Shown here: one piece after another, positions 13,259-24,196 of the stretch
How positions within the stretch are numbered: position 1 is the first letter of the stretch
Layout of the letters: each line of letters starts with the position of its first letter
Origin: Phaeosaccion multiseriatum
Taxonomy: Eukaryota > Protista > Ochrophyta, other classes
Direction: 5' to 3'
Length of the DNA stretch: 64,000 nt
Assembly: GCA_965112735.1 (NCBI GenBank)
Contig: OZ218962.1
Coordinates: 496,001-560,000, forward strand
Made by a program: the position numbers and the translations under genes
Notes under the pieces: model-generated
Told to the model about the DNA's origin: nothing
The model's database searches: none
Seen by the model: the letters and a program-made list of their open reading frames with translations, nothing else

Positions 13259-14118
13259 CTGTAGCTCCTGAAAGGACACTTCGAGCTGCCCAGCACTCGG
13301 CTGACAATTTATCCCTCAAGTGTTCTCAAGGGTTTCACATCTCGTGGTCTGCTGGTCGCACACGCTCCTCCCTCTCCTCACCATTTTTGAGGTGAAAACT
13401 GCTGCCATCAGTGTTTCCATCTCGCCTCACCCCTTCTGCTCCACAGCACCTGCAATCGCACTCTTAGCTGCTCAACGTCGACTTCCATATGTGGGTCTCA
13501 GTCTTCTCAAAGCCATTCCTCCCTCATGGGCTCTTGCTCGCACACGCTCTTCCCCCACTCCCCCCTTGTTTGAGGCCCAAATTCCCGCCAAAGCAACGGA
13601 CATTTCAGCTCCACATGTTAGCCCACTATCTCCTAAGACCGCACTCCCAGCTTCTCATCGGCTATTTGACTACATAATCCGTATTAAGCCCGAAGATCAT
13701 CACTTCTTGTGTGAGCTACGCCTCTCTCTTTCTCCCTTGTTCAGGGGCAAAGATCTCGTCAACATATCAGCACATTTCACCTCCTAAATCGCTCTATACA
13801 GACGCAACAATCAGACTTTAAGCTGCTCAACATCTACAATTCTGTCTATACCTCAGATCTCCCGAAGAGCTTCGCCTGTGGTGCTCTGTAGCGTGCGTAG
13901 TGCCTCTTTTCCTGAGCCCACTCCAAATGTGGATTCTACTGACATCCAGGGCGGTTAATTGACACACAAGGGCGGGCCGGGCGGCCCCCTCTCCATCTGC
14001 CTCTTTCCCTGCTGCTCTCTAAGAGCGCGGAGAACGTTCCTCTTTCTAACACTTCTCCCCCACAGGGCGGCTCGTGGATCATCCCCCGCCCGGCCTCGGG
14101 GCGGCTGGTGCCTCCATC

Positions 14119-15789
14119 ATGCAGAGCCCAACCTTCAGCAGAGAGGTAAGCCACAGCCCTTTGTATGGCCATGCCTTCTGTTCCGGGGCCGAAGTGGTCC
14201 GACGCTGAACCGCGTTGCCTTCCCTCGGTGGAAATGTTATATTTCTCACACACCCCTTCCCATCGCCGTGACTTGCGTTGCCGGCCTCCCTTCGTCTCCC
14301 CTTGATCTTCGCTGGAGGGCAAAGGTCTCTGCTACAAGCGGGTCGCCTCCCAAGAGCAGTGACTCACCACCCCTCTTGTTTTCCACCCTTTTTGCCCCCC
14401 CTCGCTCTCTCCTCCCTCGGCCGACACAAGGCCACGCGCCTCCACGACGCCATCCTCGGGAGGAAGACTATCAAGGACGTCAAACTGGCCATGAGCGCCC
14501 TTGTCGCTAAAGAGGGGGGAAGGAAGGCTTGCCTTGACGCCGCGATATGTGCTGACGGGTACAACCCAATGACTGTAGCGGCGTTGGGGGGTAGAGCAGA
14601 CGTTGTGGGGCTGCTATTGGGGGAAGGGGCATCTCCAAACCACGAAGTGATGATGACTCCTGACGATTGCACACCATTGATAGGGGCTTGCGTATGTGGC
14701 CATCTGAACGTCGTGCAGATACTGATCGAGGCCGGTGCGGATTTGGATCAACCTTTTGGCGCAGGGACGGCCATGGTTGCAGCTACATCCTATGGGCACA
14801 CAGAAGTCGTCAGGGCTTTGATCGCGGGGGGCGCCAATGTGAATCGAGCGAGGAACGACGGAGCTACACCTCTGATCTTCGCTTCACAGGCCAATTATGA
14901 GGGGGTTGTGAGGCTCCTTCTTGCGGCCAATGCGAATGTGAACTTGGCCACCGACGACGGAAGTACACCACTGCTATTGGCGTCGAAGTACGGTCATGAG
15001 GAGGTGGCGAAGTTGCTTCTTGCCAGCAACGCGGATGTGAACCAACTGAGAAACGACGGAGCTTCACCACTTCTTTTGGCCAGCAACCAAGGGAATGCAG
15101 AGATAGCGAGGCGACTACTTGCAGCTGGTGCCGAAGTTGATCCTGTGAGTGCTATGGGAATAACACCTCTCCTGTCGGCAGCGCACTGTGGACACGCTGA
15201 GGTATTACGTGTGCTCATCTCAGCAGGGGCAGACGTGGACCGACATGACGCGGAGGGGGGTACTGCTCTCATGGTGGCAGCGGATAAGGGACACGGTGAG
15301 GTTCTGCGTCAGCTCGTATCGGCAGCGGCAGACGTGGATGGACGTGACAACCTCGGCCTTACTGCTCTGCACTACGCCGCGAGGGGCGGACATGGGCTTA
15401 TGCTGCACCTCCTGCTAGAGGCGGGGGCTGAGATGGACAGCGAGGATGACATCGGAAGACCTCCCCTCCTCTTCGCAGGATACGAGAATCATGGAGGGGC
15501 GATGCACGAGCTTCTCTGCGCAGGGGCGTCTGTGGGCAAGGCTCTGACTGCTGCTCGAGAGCGTGACGTCCTGCAAGAGGTCCGTGATCGTCTTCTCATG
15601 GCAGACAAGCGGTACTTTGACTCGCAAAGCCCTGCGGACATTATGCGGACGTGCGACTTGGCCTTCGGCAAGGAGAGGGGCCTACCGCCGCAAGAGACGG
15701 GCGTGTCTTTCGAGACCATGCTGGAAGTGGCCGCAGGCATGCGCGGAGCCGACGACGATTCCAGGTGGGCGAAGCAAGACACGCATTGA
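14119..15789 (+). CDS. Ankyrin-repeat protein, array copy 4 (~461 aa, 10 ANK repeats); exons 14119-14145, 14431-15789
   Basis: Alternative exon 1 MQSPTFSRE|GTAAGC, same acceptor CACAAG|GCC, intact ANK ORF and conserved tail. Confidence 0.85.
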
Positions 15790-16965
15790 AAAGGGGAGAG
15801 AGATCACACGGCCTCGAAGCGAGCGAGGAGGGGGGGAGGGTTACTTGTTGTGGCAGGAGGGTATGGGGCGGTGCCCCAGCCAGGGATGCAGCAGCAGCGG
15901 CAGCAACAATTACACCGACTACGACAGCAGCAGCTACATCAGCGTGAGCACCAGCAGCACGAACAATCTGGGCAGGGGCAGAATGCGTCATATCAGGCCA
16001 TGAAGAGCGGTATAGCGGCGACAGGAGCAGGGACAGGGAGCGAGTTTTCGCTTGGGATGGGCGGCAGCAGCTTTGCAGGAGGAGGAGGGGGAGGAAGAGG
16101 GGAAAGGGCATCAATATGGGGGGGGGGGAGGGAGCCTCTAAAGTGGGGTGCCACTGCTGGAGAGGCCCGGAGGCATGCAGAGCGAGACGTGGGAGGGCGT
16201 GGCCGAGGAAATGCGCTGAAGCAGAGGGCTGTATCTGAGAGAGGTGCGAGGGCAGAAGCACGAGTAGCGAGGACGAAACGTCATGAGCAAGCGGATTGAG
16301 GGGCGTGAGCGTGGTGGCGGGAGAGCACCCAGCGTCGCGAGCTGTGAGAAGAAGGCGGTGCGTGCTCTTTTCAGGGCGCGGTGTCTGCCATCGGAACGGA
16401 GTCTAGCAGTGCAGCGCCGTGAGGCACACTGAGGAGGGAGGAGGGAGGAAGGAGGACGGAGAGGGGGGGAGGTGTACATTGGAGCTTATGAGCTCGGGGT
16501 AAGATGAGAGAAGTAGGGCGGAGCGGATCCAAAGGAGGGGGGTGCAGCTCGATTGTTCTGAGGCGCATGCGCACGCACACGTAAAAGGTAGTAAGGTTAG
16601 GGAGTGTTTTTGAGGACGGGTACAATGGATAACACAGAAAAGCAGCGTGTCATCATCATGAGTGTGGGGGTTATGCTCTGCATTGAGGCTACAAGCGCTC
16701 CGTAGTAATCCGTGTTTTTTTCTCGAGGCGTCCTGCTCTACAGATCGGAGTGTGAGTGTAAGTTTGTTGGCACTAGCTCCCCCCCCCCCTTCAACCCCCT
16801 GACACTGCTACCACATTTAGCAGATAGCACACCGTCTAACTACACGATTCTTTCCCTGCTGCTCTCTATAGCGCGGAGAGCTTTCCTCTTTTTTACGCTT
16901 CTCCCCCCACAGGGCGGCTCGTGGATCATCCCCCGCCCGGCCTCGGGGCGGCTGTTGCCTCCATC

Positions 16966-18659
16966 ATGCAGAGCCCAACCTTCACCAGAGAGGTAAGCCC
17001 CTTTGTATGGCCATACCTTCTGTTCCGGGGCCGAATTGGTCCGACGCTGAACGGCTTGGCCTTCTCTCGGTGAATGTAAGACTTCTCCCCCCTTCCCATC
17101 GCCGTGACTTGCTTTTGAACTTCTCACTCTGCCGACCTCCCTTCGTCTCTCTCCCCTTGATCTTCGCGGGAGGGCAAAGGTTTCTGCTATAAGCGGGTCG
17201 CCTCCCAAGAGCAGTGACTCACCACCCCTCTTGTTTTCCACCCTTTTTGCCCTCCCTCGCTCTCTCCTCCCTCGGCCGACACAAGGCCACGCGCCTCCAC
17301 GACGCCATCCTCGGGAGGAAGACTATCAAGGACGTCAAACTGGCCATCAGCGCCCTTGTCGCTAAAGAGGGGGGAAGGAAGGCTTGCCTTGACGCCGCGA
17401 TTTGTGCTGACGGGTACAACCCAATGACTGTAGCGGCGTTGGTGGGTAGAGCAGATGTTGTGGAGCTTCTATGGGCGGAAGGGGCATCTCCAAACCACGA
17501 AGTGATGATGACTTCTGACGATTGCACACCATTGGTAGGGGCTTGCATGCATGGCCATCTGAACGTCGTACAGATACTGATTGAGGCCCGTGCGGATTTG
17601 GATCAACCAATTGGCGCAGGGACGGCCTTGAGTGCAGCTTCGACCTATGGGCACACAGAAGTCGTCAGAGCCTTGATCGCGGGAGGCGCCAATGTGGACA
17701 AGGGCGACGACGACGGATATACACCTCTGATCTTCGCTTCACAGGGCAATTATGACGGGGTTGTGAGGCTCCTTCTTGCGGCCAATGCGAATGTGAACAA
17801 GGCCACCAACGACGGATATACACCACTGGCAATGGCGTCGAAGTACGGCCATGAGGAGGTGGTGAAGTTGCTTCTTGCCAGCAACGCAGATGTGAGCCAA
17901 CTGAGAAACGACGGAGTTTCGCCACTTCATATGGCTAGTGGCACGGGGAATACGGGGATTGCGAGGCGACTACTCGCAGCTGGTGCCGAAGTTGATCCTG
18001 TGAATGCTTTAGGAGTAACACCTCTCATGATGGCCGCACACCACGGACACGCTGAGGTGCTGCGTGAGCTCGTATCGGCAGGGGCAGATTTTGATCGACA
18101 TGACGCGCAGGGGTTGACTGCTCTCATGGCGGCAGCGAATGGTGGACATGGGCTCCTGCACATCTTGCTCAAGGCCGGGGCTGAGGTGGATATTGAGGAT
18201 GACATCGGAAGAACTCCCCTCCTGATCGCAGCATACCACAATCATGAAGGGGCGATGCACGAGCTTCTCTGCGCAGGGGCGTCTGTGGGCAAGGCTCTGA
18301 CTGCTGCTCGAGATCCTGACGTCCTGCAAAAGGTCCGTGATCGTCTTCTGATGGCAGACAAGGGATACTTTGACTCGCAAAGCCCTGCGGACATTATGCG
18401 GACGTGCGACTCGACGTTCGGCAAGGAGAGGGGCCTACCGCCGCAGGAGAGGGGCGTGTCTTCCGAGACCATGCTGGAAGTGGCCGCAGGCATGCGCGGA
18501 GCCGACGACGACTCAAGGTGGGCGAAGCACGAAACGCATTGCAAATGGGAGAAAGATCACGGCCTCGAAGCGAGCGAGGAGGGGTGTGTGGGTGGGGGGG
18601 GGGGTGGAGTGCACACTCGCCGGTGGGACTGTGACTGGAGAAAGGAGGCAGGAGATTGA
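16966..18659 (+). CDS. Ankyrin-repeat protein, array copy 5 (~466 aa, 9 ANK repeats; family stop codon TGA changed to TGC, extending the C-terminus); exons 16966-16992, 17286-18659
   Basis: Exon 1 MQSPTFTRE|GTAAGC; intact ANK ORF; CAT TGC AAA where copies 1 and 4 have CAT TGA AAA. Confidence 0.83.
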
Positions 18660-19307
18660 CCCGCCTTCTCTGCTCAAAGCCTCACAAATACTCTACATAA
18701 ATTGCAAGTTCAGATAATAACATAAGACGGAAAATGACAAAAAATAATCAGCCGCTTCGGTGAAGCGCCGCCCCCAACCACTTGACGACATAAGCCTCGC
18801 CCCTCTCGCCCCTCTCTCCCTCTCGTCCCTGGGGTCAGAAGAAGGAAGGCAACCGACAAAAAGAAAAAGAACAGAAGAAGCCTTTCACAACCAACAAGTG
18901 TTGGCTCGTGTGCGCTTGCTTGTGCTTTTTGCTTACTTTGCACACGAGGCAACGCTCTCCGTTGAGCTCATTCCTCATTTGTCGCCTGTCTTCCTCCTTC
19001 TGAACCCCCCCCCCCCCCCCCCACCTCCTTCGTCGACGTCATCATACCCCCGTAACGAAGCCATTGGCTTCCTCTTCTCTGTCGTCCATGAGACAACCCA
19101 GAAGGGCCACGAAACTATCGTGACCAACAAACTGCCTGTGAAGGACAAGACCAGCTAGTGACTTGACTCATGCGTTCCCAGAGAGTTGAATTGGGAGTGG
19201 CGAACAGGACAGGAGAGGACGGAGCTAATGGGCAGGATAAAAGCATTCAAGGGGGTAGCAGTTAGCTCACAGCAGGTGGCCCAGTCACCCCAGCACCCAC
19301 TGACTTA

Positions 19308-22300
19308 CTAATCGCCCCCGTTCCAGTCAAAGAGCCCCTTCACCATGTCCTCCATAAACGACATGAAATCCTTCATGCCCACCGGGGAAGAGCTGTCCTC
19401 CCCCGCTTGCTGCCGCCGTCGAAGCTGTAACGCCCTCTCCTCTGCCGCCATACGCTCGATATCCTCCTCTCGCCGCCCTTGCCCCTTCTCCTGCCCTCCC
19501 CCTCGTCTCTTGCTCGCAGCAGCTTGCGCCAAAGCCAGACGCCTCTTGCGATAGTTTTGCTCTGCAAAGGAAGGGATGGATGGGTGTGTGGGGTGCGTTG
19601 GGTACAGTGAGTTGGGGTTGGATTGGATTGGGTTCTATTGGGTTGGGTTGGGTTGGGTGGGGTGGTGAGAGAGTGTAAGGCAGCTTGTGATGTGAAGGTG
19701 GGAAAAGGGGGAGGTAAAAGAGGCACACACATGTATGCCAGAGGACGTGCGAAGCGCCAGAGAGAGGACGAGCCTTCGAAATGAGGAGAAGGGCATAGGA
19801 GAGAGAGGAAAGCCTTCGGAGACAGGAGAGAGCCTGCTGCTACGGTTACATGCGTCTGAAAGACCCGACCTCGAGGGGTGCAGTCCCGGATACTCAACAC
19901 AAGCCACACGACACTCTCACGACACACTTTGTGCAACGATGCACACGCCGCCAACTCACCCGAGGCGTAGGCGACGACGAGGCCTCCGTGGTGGGGCAGG
20001 GGCACCTTCTCCACCGCCCCGCCGGAGAAGCCCGCCACCTTGCACATGGCAGCAATCTCCGTCAGAGAGTACGCCCCGCCTTCCTTCGCCAGGACCTGCA
20101 GGCGTTGGTGATACAGCCGTAGTAGCAGCAGCAGAGCATGTTGTGAGTAGACCACAGACGCGTGTTGTCGTGAGGTGGTATAATGCACAAGTGGAGCACA
20201 GGAGAGCATTGAACGGACTGACTGACTGAGGCATTGACTATTGTCTTCCTCATTGCATCACTACATCACTCACTCACTCACTCACTCACTCACCAGCTGT
20301 GTAGTGTCCAGCAGCACTCCTCTCTGGCATCGATTCTCGTCAGCAACCTGCGGCAGCATTCGCGACACATTAGCGGCAGCAGTAGCAGCAGGTCCCCGAG
20401 AGGGCAGGAATGAACAAACGAAGCACGCGTATACTGTGATTAGTCTCAGAAGCAGCGTATGAGCGAGGCAAGCACGACAGCGGAGGACTGGGGGTGGGTC
20501 GGGGTGGTTAGCTGTCTCCTCTCCCCTCTCCCCTCCTCCCCCCCCCCCCCCGTTCTCACCGATCTCTCGTACACATAGACGGCGCCATCCTCGTTGAGTG
20601 TACTCCTCAGCCTCCTCAGCGTCGCCACCCCGTCATTCCTGCCCATCCGGTGAACCACATCTTGCAGCAACACAGCGTCATAGTACCCCTTCCCCTTGAG
20701 CTGCTCCTTACTCTTTCCTCTCGTCACATCCCCGGCAAGCCCCGTCCACGTGCTGACTTTCCCCCTCCCTCTAGGGGCGCTGGCGGTTCCACCCGCCTCG
20801 TCCTTGTTGTTGTCCGGGTGGGTGAGGACGGTGAGGCCTGCGCTTTGAGCGTTGTGAGAGGCCACGTCGAGCACCTCGGGATTGTCCATTGCCGTTACGG
20901 ACACCCCCTGGGGGGAGAAGGACAGTAAGGCAATGGGAGAATGACAACAAGGAAACAGGGCAAGCATGAGTGTGCGTGTGCGTGTGTGTGTGTGTGCGTG
21001 TGTGTGTACGCTCCTCTGTCACCCCAGCGTGCCAATGGGGTCTCGCCCACGCGCGTACCCACGCACCCACGCACCCACGCACCCACGCACCCACCCACCC
21101 ATGCACCCACGCACGCACTCACGTCAAGGAGCTTGGCCACGCTGATGCCGAACTGACCGTGGCTCGCCCGTGCGTCGAGAACAGCGGCGCCAACCTGTGA
21201 GGCGAGGCCAGGCACCACCAGACACCAAACACCAGGTACAAAAGCATCGGCCCAGCCCAGGGATACGGAAGGCAAGTGTAGTGTGTGTGCGTGCGTGAGA
21301 GAGAGAGAGAGAGGGAGAGAGAAAGGACAAAGGCATGGGTTGGAGCCTTCAAAGCAGGATCGACTGGGGATCGATCCACTACACACTGAAACCTCAACTT
21401 TGAAAGTTGTAGGTGGCTTGTAGCTTACCTTGGGCACCCCCTCCATGGTGGAGAGCGTCCTGTCCAGTGCCATCTGAGCGAGCATGGGGCCGCTCGTCTG
21501 CGCTACGAGGTCTCCAAAGGCTTGAGCACACTTCACCTGACAAGAGGAGGAGGAAGATGGCAGTGGATGGAGGAAGAGGAGGAGGAGGAGGAAGAGGAGG
21601 AGGAGGAGGAGGAGGAGGAGGTGGTGGTGGATGGTGGATGGGAGTGGACGAATGGAGGAGGGGGAGGAGGAGGAGAGAGGGGACTGATAAGAGAGGCGGA
21701 GGGCTCTCCAATCCTCCCCCCCCCCTCGCCCCTCCCCCCCCCCCTCAATCTCACCCATATGCCCGGCGCCATGGCGGTGATGGGCCTGAGTGCCGCCCCT
21801 GTGTGCGCCGCTCCCATGAGGTCTGTCAGCAGGCGGCTGGAGTACTCCTCCGATGTATACCAGTCTGAGCACGCACGCACACACACACACACACACATAT
21901 ACACATCGGCATCAGGGCGAGGCAGGGCAGGGGAGGAGGAGGGCGGTGGAGGTGAGAACCACAGCGTTTCCCGGGCCGGAAGAAGAAGACGAAGAAGAGA
22001 GGGGACAAGAAGCGCCCGCAACCCGCCCCGCTTTGACCTCGGCCTCTCGGCCTCTCGCAACACTCACCGACGACATTGCCCATATACCTGGGGCTATCTT
22101 TGCTGAGGAAAGCGGCGCTGCTGGGCGAGAGATGATATCGCGGTAGGGGCGTGAGTGCCGCTGTCGCCACAGCTCCCACTGCCCCCGCTGCAGCCACCAC
22201 CACCGCCGCTGCTTCCCCTTCGACGTCCCTCTCGCCGCTGCTGCTGTCGCTGCTGCTGCTGTCGCTGCTGCTGCTGCTTCCACTGCCGCTACTACGGCCA

Positions 22301-24196
22301 TCTGTGAATGTGCTACTCCTGCTGGTGCTGGTGGTGCTGATGCCCGTGTTGGTGCTACTGCCTGGGTTGCCGACGTCATCCGGGTGCTGAGAGGAAGACC
22401 ACGCCTGCTCCACCGACTGAGACGCCTGCATATGGAGGCGTATGGGCAGAAGCCACCGAGTAGAGGCATATGGGTAGCAGCCACCGTCCATCCATCCATC
22501 CCGACGACAGGCGGCAAGGAGGCAGACGGGTAAGGGGAGCAGGCAGCCATACTTGAGACTTACTTGATTTCATTTCCCCTCACTTCGCCAAAGGACCACC
22601 GGGCAGAGGACCTGGCATGGCTGCTCACTGCCGCTCCACACCGATCAACAAACCAAAGATGAGCGAAGTCGAGTCTTCAAATCTCTCGTCCATATCTTGC
22701 CAACCCTCAACCCAAAGAGGAGTTTGAGTGTCAGTCAGTCAGTCATACACACCTTTTGGATGGGCTGCACGATTTTTGTCATAGTGGCACTCTTGGGAGT
22801 GGCCTTGTCGAGGTAGCCCAAAGCCACGAGGGAGTCCAGCAAGGTACGGCTGCCTCTGACGGAGAGGGAGCAGAGCTGCGCTATGCGGGCCGCAGTGGCG
22901 CCTGTACTGGGGTTGAAACCGTCAGTGCGCTTGAGGATACTTCCCGTCTTTTGGACCGTGTTGGCGCGTTGGATTTGGGTGAAGATCTGTTGGGGATTAG
23001 CGGGGGAGGGAGGGGAGAAGAAAAGAGAGGTGGGGGAGCGAGGAGGATGGGGAGGAGGGGGTGAGGGGGATGCAGGGGAGGAGGAGGGGGGGGAGGAGCC
23101 AAGTCGCTACTCAGCACAAAGGCCGATACCTTGTTGTAGGCAAGGAGGCAAACAGAGGGTCTGAGGAAGGGAGGGAGGGAAGGAGGGAAGGAAAGAAGGA
23201 GGGAAGCAAGGAAGAACGGAGGATGGAGGACGGAAGGAAAGAAAGGAAGCAAGGAAGAAAGGACCTGGGAGGAACTTCCAGCGTACGTACATCAAACCCG
23301 ACGGCGGCTTTGAGCACAGCGGCGGCCTCCAAGCCGCTGAGGTCGTGCATGAGCCGCGCTGGAGATAGAGCAGAGAGCTCAGACGCCTCATCTTCGGCCT
23401 CCTTAGCTTCTCTCTCTCTCTCTCGATCAGCTTGCCTCCTCCTGTGAGTGGTTACCGCGCGGCCGAGGAAGGTGGAGAGGACAACGCCGGCCACGAAGAA
23501 AGTGGTGCGACGCTCGAGCAGGCCTCGCACGCCCATCGCCAACGCCTCCCAGAGCCGCGCCGAGGAGGAGGAGACGGAGGAGAAGGAGGAGGAGAAGGAG
23601 GAGAAGGAGGAGGAGAAGCCGCCGGGGTCGACGCTGAAGCCGAGGAGCAACAGCTGGGGACGACAGACGAGGGGGAGTGGGGCGGGGAGAGCGAGGATCG
23701 CCGAGTCGTGGTTGTCGGGTCGCTGCTTCTTCCGAAGAGGGATGCTTCTATCCCTGAGCTGCTGCCCCAAAGTCGAGACTGCCCTGGAGACTCTGCTGCT
23801 CCTACTCCTGCCGCGGCCGCCGCTGCTGCTGCTGTTGATGCTACTGGTGGTGGTGGTGTTCGGCTCCACTCGAAGCCAGCTGTTTCTTTTGCTCCTTTGA
23901 GATCCCAAGCCCCTCCTTCCTCTTACAACGCTCACGCCATGGCCACACGCCTTTGCTGCCTTCACTGAAGATACTGCCACTCCAGACGGGGCCAAGCGCC
24001 AACTCTGACCTCTTCCTCCTGCTTTTTGAGCACCCACACCCCTCACAGGTCGGGCACCACCGGCACGAAAGCCCCCAGCAGCTCTGGAGAAGATGCCACC
24101 GCCTATTTGCAGCAGCTGAGCCGGCTCCAGGAGGAGCATGAAGAGTAGCAAGGAGGGAGGGAGGGAGGCGGCGTCCCTCTTCCTCGATCGTCCCAT
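19308..24196 (-). CDS. Class I SAM-dependent O-methyltransferase (Methyltransf_2 plus dimerisation-domain type), multi-exon, probably plastid-targeted
   Basis: AAVLKAAVGFD|IF, RTLLDSLVALGYL, YHLSPSSAAFL...SPRYMG, VLDARASHGQFG, VTAMDNPEVLDVA, YDAVLLQDVVH, LRRLRSTLNEDG, GGAYSLTEI. The N-terminus has a hydrophobic signal followed by an S/R-rich transit-like region. Confidence 0.72.

Noticed and set aside
4460-16790. Repeated flanking blocks as LTRs or MITEs
   Set aside because: No TG...CA ends, terminal inverted repeats, target-site duplications or transposase/RT seen; they are better explained as parts of segmental tandem duplications.
4913-18659. Diversity-generating retroelement or recombinase-driven cassette system behind the ANK variation
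   Set aside because: No reverse transcriptase or recombinase in the window, no non-coding template repeat, and the substitutions are not adenine-specific.
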